Source: Bacteroidales bacterium
GTDB taxonomy: Bacteria; Bacteroidota; Bacteroidia; Bacteroidales; Dysgonomonadaceae
Length of the DNA stretch: 48,335 nucleotides
NCBI GenBank assembly: GCA_012513315.1
Contig: JAAZCL010000065.1
Coordinates: 1 to 48,335, forward strand
Reading direction: 5' to 3'
The position numbers were made by a program, and so were the translations under genes. The notes under the pieces are model-generated. The model was not told the origin of the DNA, did not search any database, and saw only the letters and a program-made list of their open reading frames with translations. The first letter of the stretch is position 1, and the number at the start of each line of letters is the position of its first letter. Positions 38,428 through 47,839 of this stretch are shown in pieces.

Positions 38428-39354
38428 TTAATTTTTAAAGATAATATTTTCTTTCTTTATATACTGCACAATTGCATTTAAAATTCCATTTATAAAGGTT
38501 CCGCTCTTAGGAGTACTGTATGATTTTGAAATCTCAATATATTCATTTAGTGATACATTAAATGGAATTGAATCGAAGCTGAAAATTTCAGCCAATGCTA
38601 TTTGCATGACAACTAGATCCATGAGTGCAATTCTTTCGAAATCCCATTTATCAGTGTGTTGCTCTATAAGCTCTCTGAATTTATTTTCACTTAAAATTGT
38701 TTCATGCAAAAGCTTAAGAGCAAAGTTTTTATCCTCTTCATCCTTAAACATAGGCAAAAGAGGTTGTTTTGGTCCTAATTCTTCTGAGAATCTTTTAATT
38801 GTTTTAAGTACAAACGATTGAACAATTTCTATATCATCATTCCAATAAATGCACTCATCTTCAAGTAGATCGTCTAGCTCCTCATTCCCACAGATAAACT
38901 GCTTGAATGTTTTTCTCCAAAACTCTCTATCTTCATTGTATGTTGGATTATCTATTTGAGAATACTCTAAGTAGGTGTCTGATTCTAAAATCGTTTCCAA
39001 GAGGTTTTTAACAAATGCCTCGTTGTCGGTCCATGACATTGGGCGCTCGTTGCTATAACTGCTTAACTGATTGTTGGTTTCTAGTTGTAGAATAAACTTG
39101 TTTCTAAGCAAGTGAGTGTTAGGATTAATATCTTCTTCTGTGGGAAGGTATTTGTTTCTCTTTGTTTCTACCCGGCTATCATACATTTTTGTGATCTCTA
39201 TCATTAATAGGAACATATAATAATATAAATCGTATGATTTCTGTAAGCCAAATAGTAATTCTTTTTCGGCTTTTCGCAAATCTTTATTCGTACCTTGGTA
39301 CCAAGAATAAACTAATTGGACTACTCTTATACGAATTAAATTTCTGTTTATCAT
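38428..39354 (-). CDS. nusB: Transcription antitermination factor NusB (Bacteroidota long form), ATG at 39354
   Basis: MINRNLIRIRVVQLVY, WDFERIALMD, VSLNEYIEISKSYSTPKSGTFINGIL. TACTTTTG box at 39402-39409. Confidence 0.93.
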   Translation of the reverse strand: MINRNLIRIRVVQLVYSWYQGTNKDLRKAEKELLFGLQKSYDLYYYMFLLMIEITKMYDSRVETKRNKYLPTEEDINPNTHLLRNKFILQLETNNQLSSYSNERPMSWTDNEAFVKNLLETILESDTYLEYSQIDNPTYNEDREFWRKTFKQFICGNEELDDLLEDECIYWNDDIEIVQSFVLKTIKRFSEELGPKQPLLPMFKDEEDKNFALKLLHETILSENKFRELIEQHTDKWDFERIALMDLVVMQIALAEIFSFDSIPFNVSLNEYIEISKSYSTPKSGTFINGILNAIVQYIKKENIIFKN

Positions 39355-39532
39355 TTTCTTAATGAACTTTTTTCCTTTAATCAAACTTTTTTTTGGAATT
39401 GCAAAAGTAGTTATTTTTTCGGGAATTTGAACTGATTTAATAGAAAAGGACGATTTAAGAATCGGGTTGTTTACATTTTTTGTATGTTTGTGGGAACTTA
39501 TATACAAAATTAAATATTTTAAATTCAAGGAA

Positions 39533-41446
39533 ATGAAAAAGACAATTCTTTTAATATCAATGTTTGTTTTCACATTATTGATTTTTGCGCAACAAGCAGA
39601 GCGAAAGATTTCGATAATTCCTGAACCCGTATCTATGGTGAAAAAAGGAGGACACTTTGTTTTTCCAGATCAAGTGGTCGTTTCCATCTCCCAGGCAGAG
39701 AAAAGCAATTATTTGAAAAACCTTGTAGAAGAGAGGTTTTCTACAGCGCCCGGCAAAAGAGTTGTTTTTGTCAATTCTGAAAATTCTGATAATAATGCTG
39801 ATATCGTACTATTGTTAAACCCCATAGAGAATAATCAAATTGGTGATGAAGGATATACACTTCAAGTAACCAGCGATAAGGTAACAATTCATGCAAACAA
39901 GTCGGAAGGTTTGATATATGGTTTGCAAACATTGTTTCAATTATTGCCTCCTCAAATTGAAAGTAATAAAAAAGAGGATAATGTATCTTGGCAGGTGCCT
40001 CAGATAGAGATTGTAGATTACCCGAGAGTAGGCTGGAGAGGCTTAATGTTAGATGTTTCACGTCATTTCTTCACGGTAGATGAAGTCAAAAAATATATCG
40101 ATAACATGGTGAAATATAAATTCAATATGTTTCACTGGCATCTTACTGATGACGAAGGATGGAGAATTGAAATTAAAAGTTTGCCAAAACTTACAGAAGT
40201 TGGTGCATGGCGTACTGAGCAAATAGGTTGGTTTGGAGATTTTGAACAACCTGATAAGGATGCTCCCAAAAATTATGGTGGTTTTTATACACAAGATGAA
40301 ATCAGAGATGTTATTAATTATGCTTTAGAAAGAAACATTCAAATTATGCCCGAGATAGATGTTCCTGGTCATAGCTCTGCGGTATTAGCAGCATACCCCG
40401 AACTGGCATGCTTCCCCGAAAGTGGTGATCATTTCGTGAGAACAGGAGCAACTTTTTTAGATTGGAACACTGGTGGTAGGCCTGAAGCAATATATGAGAA
40501 TACTCTAAATCCAGCTAATGATAAAGTCTATGAGTTTATGGACAAAGTTATCACTGAAGTTGCAGCACTTTTCCCTTTCGAATATATACACACTGGTGGT
40601 GATGAGGCTCCCTATACTTTTTGGGAAAAGTCGTCAGACGTAAAAGAGCTCATGGAGCGTGAGAATTTAAATACTATGGCAGAGGTTCAGTCTTATTTTG
40701 GTAAGAGAGTAGAGCAAATTATACTTTCAAAGAATAAAAAGATGATGGGTTGGGATGAAATCCTCGAAGGAGGAATAACTCCCACAACCGGATTAATGAG
40801 TTGGCGTGGCGTGGAATACGGAATAGAGGCATCTAACTCTGGGCATATGGTTGTAATGAGTCCCACTAATTATGTTTATATAGATTATATGCAGGGAGAT
40901 ATCGCAACAGAACCTCGTGTTTATGCTTCTTTGAGACTAAATCAAACCTACAAGTTTGATCCGATACCGGAGGGAGCAAATGAAGATTATATATTAGGTG
41001 GTCAGGCAAATTTATGGACTGAGCAAGTTTATAATATCAGACAAGCTGAATACATGACTTGGCCTCGTGGGTTTGCTGTGGCAGAGTCGCTTTGGTCACC
41101 CAAAGCAAATAAGGACTGGGATAACTTCGTAGCAAAAACAGAAAATCATTTCAATCGTTTTGATTATGCGAAAATAAAATACTCACCTGCTATATACGAT
41201 CCCATTGTTACTGTTACAAAGAAAGGAGAAGATTATTATGTTGCGCTAGACCCTGAGATTAAAGGTTTAGAAATTTACACCAGCTTCGATGCTTCAACGC
41301 CCGACAACTTTTATCCTAAATATACAGAACCGCAACTTATTCCAAGAGATGCAGGCATTATGAGGATAATTACTTACCGTGATGATAAACCGATAGGTAG
41401 ATTAATGTCAATTCAGGTAGATGATTTGAAAAAAAGAGTAAGGTAG
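39533..41446 (+). CDS. Beta-N-acetylhexosaminidase (GH20), ATG at 39533
   Basis: Signal IFA-Q, DYPR..WRGLMLDVSRHF, FHWHLTDDEGWR, PEIDVPGH, catalytic HTGGDE, GGQANLWTE. Confidence 0.94.
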   Translation: MKKTILLISMFVFTLLIFAQQAERKISIIPEPVSMVKKGGHFVFPDQVVVSISQAEKSNYLKNLVEERFSTAPGKRVVFVNSENSDNNADIVLLLNPIENNQIGDEGYTLQVTSDKVTIHANKSEGLIYGLQTLFQLLPPQIESNKKEDNVSWQVPQIEIVDYPRVGWRGLMLDVSRHFFTVDEVKKYIDNMVKYKFNMFHWHLTDDEGWRIEIKSLPKLTEVGAWRTEQIGWFGDFEQPDKDAPKNYGGFYTQDEIRDVINYALERNIQIMPEIDVPGHSSAVLAAYPELACFPESGDHFVRTGATFLDWNTGGRPEAIYENTLNPANDKVYEFMDKVITEVAALFPFEYIHTGGDEAPYTFWEKSSDVKELMERENLNTMAEVQSYFGKRVEQIILSKNKKMMGWDEILEGGITPTTGLMSWRGVEYGIEASNSGHMVVMSPTNYVYIDYMQGDIATEPRVYASLRLNQTYKFDPIPEGANEDYILGGQANLWTEQVYNIRQAEYMTWPRGFAVAESLWSPKANKDWDNFVAKTENHFNRFDYAKIKYSPAIYDPIVTVTKKGEDYYVALDPEIKGLEIYTSFDASTPDNFYPKYTEPQLIPRDAGIMRIITYRDDKPIGRLMSIQVDDLKKRVR

Positions 41447-41473
41447 AAAATAGGATAATAAATAGTAAATCAC

Positions 41474-41481
41474 TATCTTTG
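41474..41481 (+). promoter_or_regulatory. Sigma-A -7 element for rplY-pth-hslR
   Basis: TATCTTTG followed by a 5' leader of about 75 nt. Confidence 0.75.
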
Positions 41482-41560
41482 CGCCGCTTTTTTGAAAGCT
41501 CCCGTGTGATGGGAAATAAGGAAAGCACTTTATTTTGAGTAACACAAACAATTTTAAAAA

Positions 41561-42196
41561 ATGAAGACATTTGAATTAAAAGGCGAAATCAGAGATGGTT
41601 TTGGAAAAAAGGCAGCGAAATCATTTCGTCGTCAGGGGTTAATACCATGCGTGGTATATGGTGGACATGATGGAGAGAATATAAACTTTGTAGTAAAGCA
41701 GGGTGATGTGCGTAATCTCATCTACACTCCAGAAGTATTTCTGATTAACCTCGAGCTAGGGGGCAAGAAAATGCAGGCTATTTTAAAAGATGCGCAGTTC
41801 CACCCAGTTAAAGATACAGTTCTGCATCTTGATTTTCTACATGTATTTGAAGATGCTCCTGTTATTATTGAGCTACCTGTACGTTTATCAGGATTGGCAG
41901 CTGGTGTGAAAGCTGGGGGAAAATTATCTCTCGACTCTCGTAAGTTGAAAGTTAGAGCTTTAGTTGCTAACTTACCAGAAGAACTTGTTATAAACGTAGA
42001 GAAACTAAAAATCGGAAAATCTATTCAGGTTGGAGATTTGAAGTTTGATGGACTTGAGTTGCTTAATTCTAAGAATGCTGTTGTTTGTCGCGTACAAGTG
42101 ACACGTGCAACAAGAAGTGATATGAATGCTGCAGCAATTGAAGAAGGTGATGAAACAGAAGGAGAGGAAACTACAGAAGAGACTACAGAAGAATAG
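41561..42196 (+). CDS. rplY: 50S ribosomal protein L25 / general stress protein Ctc
   Basis: GKKAAKSFRRQGLIPCVVYG, QFHPVKD..LHLDF, GVKAGG, acidic tail. Confidence 0.96.
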   Translation: MKTFELKGEIRDGFGKKAAKSFRRQGLIPCVVYGGHDGENINFVVKQGDVRNLIYTPEVFLINLELGGKKMQAILKDAQFHPVKDTVLHLDFLHVFEDAPVIIELPVRLSGLAAGVKAGGKLSLDSRKLKVRALVANLPEELVINVEKLKIGKSIQVGDLKFDGLELLNSKNAVVCRVQVTRATRSDMNAAAIEEGDETEGEETTEETTEE

Positions 42197-42205
42197 TATT
42201 ATTGT

Positions 42206-42766
42206 ATGAAATATTTGATAGCGGGATTGGGCAATATCGGACCTGATTATGAGCTACCCCGCCACAATATAGGCTTTATGATATTGGACGCTTTTGCAAA
42301 AGCGTCCAATGCTGTTTTTGAGGATAAGCGATATGGCTTTGTATCGCAAATGCGACTTAAAAATAAATCGCTGATCTTGCTCAAACCCTCAACCTTCATG
42401 AATCTTAGTGGTAATGCTATCCGTTATTGGATGCAAAAGGAGAAGATTACTAATAATAATCTTTTAGTTGTTGTTGATGACTTGGCTTTACCTTTTGGAA
42501 CACTTAGGTTAAAATCAAAAGGGAGTGATGCAGGACATAATGGTTTAGGTCATATACAAGGCCTAATAGGGCAGAATTATCCTCGATTGAGATTTGGTAT
42601 TGGGAATGAATTTCCACGTGGAGCTCAGGTCAATTATGTACTTGAAGAATTCTCTGATGAGGAAAAGCTGAAGTTGCCCGAAAGAATTGAATCTGCAACA
42701 GAAATAATATCTAGTTTTTGTCTTGCAGGTATAAATATTACGATGAACCAATACAACAACAAGTAA
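42206..42766 (+). CDS. pth: Peptidyl-tRNA hydrolase
   Basis: [41 protein letters not shown]. Confidence 0.96.
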   Translation: MKYLIAGLGNIGPDYELPRHNIGFMILDAFAKASNAVFEDKRYGFVSQMRLKNKSLILLKPSTFMNLSGNAIRYWMQKEKITNNNLLVVVDDLALPFGTLRLKSKGSDAGHNGLGHIQGLIGQNYPRLRFGIGNEFPRGAQVNYVLEEFSDEEKLKLPERIESATEIISSFCLAGINITMNQYNNK

Positions 42767-42791
42767 ACTAGTTGTTTGTTTATACTTAGTA

Positions 42792-43202
42792 ATGGAAGAA
42801 GTAAGAGTAGATAAATGGTTGTGGGCAGTTAGAATCTTTAAATCACGAACTATTGCAGTTGACGCGTGCAAGAAGAATCGTGTAATGATTGACAATATTT
42901 CTATTAAAGCTTCCAGAACTTTAAAAGTAGGAGATGTTGTTCAGGTTAAAAAGCCTCCGGTGGTTTTTTCTTTTAAAGTGCTCAAGTTGGCCGATAAACG
43001 TATGGGCGCCAAGCTTGTACCAGAGTTCATGGAGAATGTAACTACACCCGATCAGTATGAGATACTAGAATTAAACAAAATAAGTGGTTTTGTTGGCCGA
43101 CAAAGAGGAGCTGGCAGGCCTACCAAAAAAGATCGCAGAGATCTTGAGAGCTTTACCGGCAATATAAACTTTGATGATTTTGATTGGGGTGATGATCAAT
43201 AA
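42792..43202 (+). CDS. hslR: S4-domain ribosome-associated heat shock protein Hsp15
   Basis: VRVDKWLWAVRIFKSR, GRPTKKDRR. Confidence 0.92.
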   Translation: MEEVRVDKWLWAVRIFKSRTIAVDACKKNRVMIDNISIKASRTLKVGDVVQVKKPPVVFSFKVLKLADKRMGAKLVPEFMENVTTPDQYEILELNKISGFVGRQRGAGRPTKKDRRDLESFTGNINFDDFDWGDDQ

Positions 43203-43903
43203 ATCTTTTTATCAGTTTTATTGTAAACCGGAACAATAGAAATGCTATTTTGTGTAATACAAAAATTAATATCGCCAACTGCTGAGTTATTCACAAGGCG
43301 CTGATAATGGTCGCTAGCCTTAAGATACTCGTCTAAGTTGTCTTTAACTCTAAGCCACAGCTCATATGTCATTCTAATTGAGTCTGAATCGAACTTAATA
43401 TTAGCTTTTTCTAATAGTTTTTCTGCGAAAGCACCTCCGAAAAGTGTATCCTCAATATTTATACGGTTATTCCAGCCTGCACACAATATAACCACCCTTT
43501 CAGCACTACTTAAGCACCTATCTACAACCGCGTCAATGTTAGGGAAGGTACCTATTAAAAGTTCCTTAGAATCACTTGCAACATCAATTGCTCTTGTGCC
43601 GTTTGTTGTTGTGAAAACAATTTCTTTCTCGCTAACTTTTTCGGGCGAGTAATCGAATGGAGAATTACCAAAGTCTGCAAATTCGCATCTTTTTGTGTTA
43701 CGTTCGGCTCCTACCAGATACCCTTTAGATTTATATTTTTTTGCTAATTCACTATTTGAGACAGGAATTATAGCAGAAGCACCGTTATTTAACATCATAC
43801 ACATTGTAGCCGAGGCTCTGAAGACATCTACCACAACTACAGTGTCATTTTCAGATTTATAATGTTGATATAATGCTGGAGAAGGACATAGATCAAGTTT
43901 CAT
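43196..43903 (-). CDS. comB: 2-phosphosulfolactate phosphatase family protein
   Basis: VVVDVFRAS, GAER, DFGNSP, FTTTNGT, CAGW, EDTLFGG. Confidence 0.9.
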   Translation of the reverse strand: MKLDLCPSPALYQHYKSENDTVVVVDVFRASATMCMMLNNGASAIIPVSNSELAKKYKSKGYLVGAERNTKRCEFADFGNSPFDYSPEKVSEKEIVFTTTNGTRAIDVASDSKELLIGTFPNIDAVVDRCLSSAERVVILCAGWNNRINIEDTLFGGAFAEKLLEKANIKFDSDSIRMTYELWLRVKDNLDEYLKASDHYQRLVNNSAVGDINFCITQNSISIVPVYNKTDKKIY

Positions 43904-43999
43904 AGGCTCTTTTTATACAAAAATACTATTTATTTTGATAAATGTTTATCTTTGCAAGTTATAAACCCTGGCTACAAGTGAAGGGGTTAATATGAATTA

Positions 44000-44575
44000 A
44001 TGAAACTGAACGGTTACAAGACAATACTAGCATCTAATTCTCCGAGACGCAAAGAGTTGCTTTCGGGACTTGATATTGAATACGAAACAAGAGTTATACC
44101 AGATGTTGATGAATCGTATCCCAACACTATTCCACTTGAGGATGTGGCTGATTATCTTGCAAAGAAGAAAGCTTCTGCATATCTGCAACAGTTGGACGAT
44201 GAAGAGTTACTTATTACTTCAGATACGATTGTTTTGCTGGATAATGTGATTCTGGGCAAACCGGCCACTGAAGAGGAGTCGGCATTAATGCTACGTACTC
44301 TTTCTGGTAAAACTCATAAAGTGATTACAGCTGTTTGTCTAACCTCAACAAAAAAGCAGGTGTGCTTTTCTGATACTTCACTAGTTACATTTGGTCAATT
44401 GACTGATACAGAAATAGGTTATTATGTGTCTAAATATAAGCCATATGATAAAGCTGGGGCTTATGGTGTGCAAGAGTGGATAGGTTATATGGCAGTGGAA
44501 AGAATTGAAGGGTCATACTATAATGTCATGGGACTGCCTGTTTTTAAGTTATACAAAGAGTTAAAAGAGTTTTAA
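44000..44575 (+). CDS. maf: Maf-family nucleoside triphosphate pyrophosphatase
   Basis: ILASNSPRRKELL, SDTIV, LGKP, PYDKAGAYGVQE, GSYYNVMGLP. Confidence 0.95.
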   Translation: MKLNGYKTILASNSPRRKELLSGLDIEYETRVIPDVDESYPNTIPLEDVADYLAKKKASAYLQQLDDEELLITSDTIVLLDNVILGKPATEEESALMLRTLSGKTHKVITAVCLTSTKKQVCFSDTSLVTFGQLTDTEIGYYVSKYKPYDKAGAYGVQEWIGYMAVERIEGSYYNVMGLPVFKLYKELKEF

Positions 44576-44672
44576 TTTACCATATTGCTTAATTCTTTTG
44601 TACCCGTGTAGAAGTGTTTATACATTTAAATAAAATGATAGAGAATTATTTTTCATTTATAATTATAAAATA

Positions 44673-46052
44673 ATGCTTACAGTAGAAAAAATTGGAGGCA
44701 CCTCCATGTCTCAGTTCCAAGATGTATTACAAAATATTATCAAGGGCAATCGTAAAGGTGACGATTTATATAACCGCATTTTTGTGGTATCAGCTTATAA
44801 TAATGTAACTAACTGGCTGCTTGAGCATAAAAAAACAGGTGAACCAGGTATTTATAACAGATTCCTAGATGGTGAAGACTATAGTATTGCACTCGACTCA
44901 TTCTGTCAGCGTTTGCTTTTAATTAATGATGGATTTGCTGATTATGGTCTGGATCTTAAAGAAGCGCGTGATTTTATTCGCTTTCGTGTAGATCAGGCCA
45001 AGACTTTATTATATAGCCTTGGCAAGGTGTTGGCTTCTGGTTACGTAAATCGCACCGATATACACCTCGCTGCACGTGAAATACTTGCATCCATAGGAGA
45101 AGCACATTCTGGTTGGAATTCAGTGAATATTCTTAATAATAACGGCATAAATGCTCGCTTCATAGATTTATGCGGTTTTAACGATAACGAACCACTTACT
45201 ATTGATGAGCGTATACACAGGGAGTTTAAAGGTATCGATTTTAGTTCTGTATTGTGTATTGTAACTGGCTATACTAAAGGTACGGAGGGTATTATGAGGG
45301 CTTTCGACCGTGGTTATAGTGAAGTTACGTTCAGTAAAATAGCTGTGGAGGTTAATGCTGATGAGGCAGTTATCCATAAAGAGTATCATCTGTCAAGTGC
45401 CGATCCAAAAATTGTAGGTGTAGAAAACAGTATACCTGTTGGTCATACCAATTATATTATTGCCGATCAGCTTGCTGATATTGGAATGGAGGCCATTCAT
45501 CCTAAAGCTGCTAAACCACTGGAGCTGGCTGGTATTGATATAAGAATAAAAAACACTTTCGAACCTGAGCATCCCGGAACAATCATTTCGGCAGATTATA
45601 TTTCACCTGAACCCCGCGTGGAGATTGTTTCAGGATCAAGAAAAGTAATAGCAATTGAGGTGCACGACCCAATGATGGTTGGTGAGGTTGGGTTCGACGG
45701 AAGAATTATGAGCTATTTCGTCGATCATGGCGTTAGCTATATATTAAAGTCCACCAATGCAAACTCTATAACCATGGTAGTTTGGGATAACGATAAAAGC
45801 AAAGAACTGATAAGTGTAATTAGCGATATCTTCTACCAAGTATCTGCAAAACCTATGGCCATTGTTTGTGTAATGGGCACAAATATTGCTCTACCCGGAT
45901 TTCTATACAAAGCATCTAAAGCTCTTTATGAAAGGGATATAAATATCGAGAGTTTCGCTCAATCGTTGATGCAAGTAAATATGCAATTTGTTATAAAACG
46001 TGAACAATACGAAGAGGCAGTAATTGCACTTAACGATGCTTTATGTAATTAA
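44673..46052 (+). CDS. ask: Aspartate kinase, ectoine-cluster (Ask_Ect) type
   Basis: TVEKIGGTSM, RIFVVSAY..VT..LLEHKKTGEPG, REILASIGEAHS, FDRGYSEVTFS, IHKEYHLSSADP, ADQLA..GMEAIHPKAAK, C-terminal ACT-like domains. Confidence 0.85.
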   Translation: MLTVEKIGGTSMSQFQDVLQNIIKGNRKGDDLYNRIFVVSAYNNVTNWLLEHKKTGEPGIYNRFLDGEDYSIALDSFCQRLLLINDGFADYGLDLKEARDFIRFRVDQAKTLLYSLGKVLASGYVNRTDIHLAAREILASIGEAHSGWNSVNILNNNGINARFIDLCGFNDNEPLTIDERIHREFKGIDFSSVLCIVTGYTKGTEGIMRAFDRGYSEVTFSKIAVEVNADEAVIHKEYHLSSADPKIVGVENSIPVGHTNYIIADQLADIGMEAIHPKAAKPLELAGIDIRIKNTFEPEHPGTIISADYISPEPRVEIVSGSRKVIAIEVHDPMMVGEVGFDGRIMSYFVDHGVSYILKSTNANSITMVVWDNDKSKELISVISDIFYQVSAKPMAIVCVMGTNIALPGFLYKASKALYERDINIESFAQSLMQVNMQFVIKREQYEEAVIALNDALCN

Positions 46053-47272
46053 TCTTCATCATAAATATGATATAGGAAATCGTTATAAGGAAATCGAGTA
46101 ACATGAATATCCTTTACCTTTTTATAGATAAGATCTTTTAGAGAGTCTATATTATCATTTTCTATTGCAGAGATGAATATGCAGTTTTCTTTCATTTTGC
46201 TTATCCAACTTTGTTTTAATTCATCTAATGTATAATTCTCTCTTTTTTTAGGGGTTAAATCATCCTCGTCTTTGACTGTGTAGTTAAAGGCATCAATTTT
46301 ATTAAACACTAAAATTGTAGGCTTTTCGGTATCATCAATTTCAAAAAGAGTTTTCTCTACCACAGCAATTTGCTCTTCAAAAGCAGGGTGAGAGATGTCA
46401 ACAACATGCAATAGGATATCAGCCTCCCGTACTTCATCAAGCGTCGATTTAAAAGACTCAACTAGGTGAGTGGGTAGCTTCCTAATAAATCCAACAGTAT
46501 CAGTAAGCAAGAATGGGAGGTTAGAAATTGTCACCTTTCTCACTGTAGTGTCTAATGTTGCAAATAGTTTGTTCTCTGCAAACACTTCACTCTTGCTAAG
46601 TAGAGTCATAATGGTTGATTTACCAACATTGGTATAGCCTACAAGTGCCACACGCACAAGTTTGCCTCTGTTCTTTCTTTGAACTGTTTTTTGTTTATCA
46701 ATATCTTTCAACTGCTGTTTTAATCTTGAAATTTTATCAAGAATAATTCGGCGGTCCGTTTCAAGTTGAGTTTCACCAGGTCCCCTCATAATTGTTCCAC
46801 CACCACCTCTTTGTCTCTCAAGGTGGGTCCACATCCTAGTTAGCCTTGGCATAAGATACTCATATTGTGCCAACTCTACTTGCACTTTGGCATGAGCTGT
46901 TTGTGCCCTCATTGCAAAAATGTCAAGAATAAGACTTGTTCTGTCCATGATTCTAATCTTGAGCACTTTTTCAATATTACGCAGTTGTCTGGCCGATAAT
47001 TCATCATCAAAGATTACTACACCTACTTCGTTTTCTTCATCATTAATGTATTCCTCAATCTCCTCCAGCTTACCTTTACCAACAAAGGTGGCAGTATTAG
47101 GCGAGTCTAGTCGCTGTGTATATCGCTTATTAGGTATAAGTCCCGCTGTTTCAGTAAGAAAAGCAAGTTCATCGAGGTATTCAGCAACCTTCTCTTCATT
47201 CTGTTCTGATGTGATAAGTCCCACCAATACAGCGTTTTCGTTTTTTATTTCTTGAGTTATAAAGTCTTTCAT
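46049..47272 (-). CDS. hflX: Ribosome-splitting GTPase HflX
   Basis: ILDIFAMRA, GPGETQLETDRR, VGYTNVGKST, LFATLDTT, DTVGF, NKID. Confidence 0.97.
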   Translation of the reverse strand: MKDFITQEIKNENAVLVGLITSEQNEEKVAEYLDELAFLTETAGLIPNKRYTQRLDSPNTATFVGKGKLEEIEEYINDEENEVGVVIFDDELSARQLRNIEKVLKIRIMDRTSLILDIFAMRAQTAHAKVQVELAQYEYLMPRLTRMWTHLERQRGGGGTIMRGPGETQLETDRRIILDKISRLKQQLKDIDKQKTVQRKNRGKLVRVALVGYTNVGKSTIMTLLSKSEVFAENKLFATLDTTVRKVTISNLPFLLTDTVGFIRKLPTHLVESFKSTLDEVREADILLHVVDISHPAFEEQIAVVEKTLFEIDDTEKPTILVFNKIDAFNYTVKDEDDLTPKKRENYTLDELKQSWISKMKENCIFISAIENDNIDSLKDLIYKKVKDIHVTRFPYNDFLYHIYDED

Positions 47273-47299
47273 ATATATTTTAAATTTTACTTGGCGGTA

Positions 47300-47803
47300 T
47301 CAGAACCAAAAACCAAAACCGGCCATAAACACAACTTGTGAATAATCTTTTATGAACTGATATTTCAGTTCAAAATTAGCCCTCACTCTATATCCAATGT
47401 CATGTTGAAAGCCAAGACCTAAGTTTGCGCCAGGACGATGTTTAACTTTGGATTCCGACGCATTTGCAGCACTTTCATTAGTTGAATCAAAATTCCATTT
47501 GGAATAATGGATACCTGCAATAGGATAAAGTGAAGCTGTAATCGAAACAGGAACAATGTAATGCGCATCTGCATCTATCATCCACATATTTTCACCTTTT
47601 CGTTCAATAAAATAGGTGAACGAAGGTGCGATTCTAAGATTATTTGTTCTATAATAATGAATATGCATACCCGCACCCAGGCTATTTATCTCTGTAGCAT
47701 ATCCTGCTTGAATTCCTATTCCCATAGTACCTTCAAACTGAGCTAATATTTTGGGTGTTGAGAACGTTAAAAATAGAGCGAGTAGTACAACTGTTTTTTT
47801 CAT
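47300..47803 (-). CDS. Small outer-membrane beta-barrel (OmpA-like/porin family) protein
   Basis: Signal ILA-Q, RIAPSFTYF, DAHY, YPIAG, GANLGLG, ELKYQ, terminal aromatic F. Confidence 0.82.
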   Translation of the reverse strand: MKKTVVLLALFLTFSTPKILAQFEGTMGIGIQAGYATEINSLGAGMHIHYYRTNNLRIAPSFTYFIERKGENMWMIDADAHYIVPVSITASLYPIAGIHYSKWNFDSTNESAANASESKVKHRPGANLGLGFQHDIGYRVRANFELKYQFIKDYSQVVFMAGFGFWF

Positions 47804-47839
47804 TTAAGTTCTATTAGATAGCAAATTTATGATAAATCT

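Noticed and set aside
39355-39573. 73-aa N-terminal extension of NusB and 22-aa extension of GH20, giving an apparent head-to-head overlap
   Set aside because: ORF-caller artefact. The conserved NusB start is at 39354 and the GH20 signal peptide starts at 39533. The region holds both promoters.
29467-41482. Identical aaatcactatctttgc upstream of leuS and rplY, exactly 12,000 bp apart
   Set aside because: Explained by the strong housekeeping promoter consensus. The round spacing is coincidence, and there is no evidence of a mobile element boundary.
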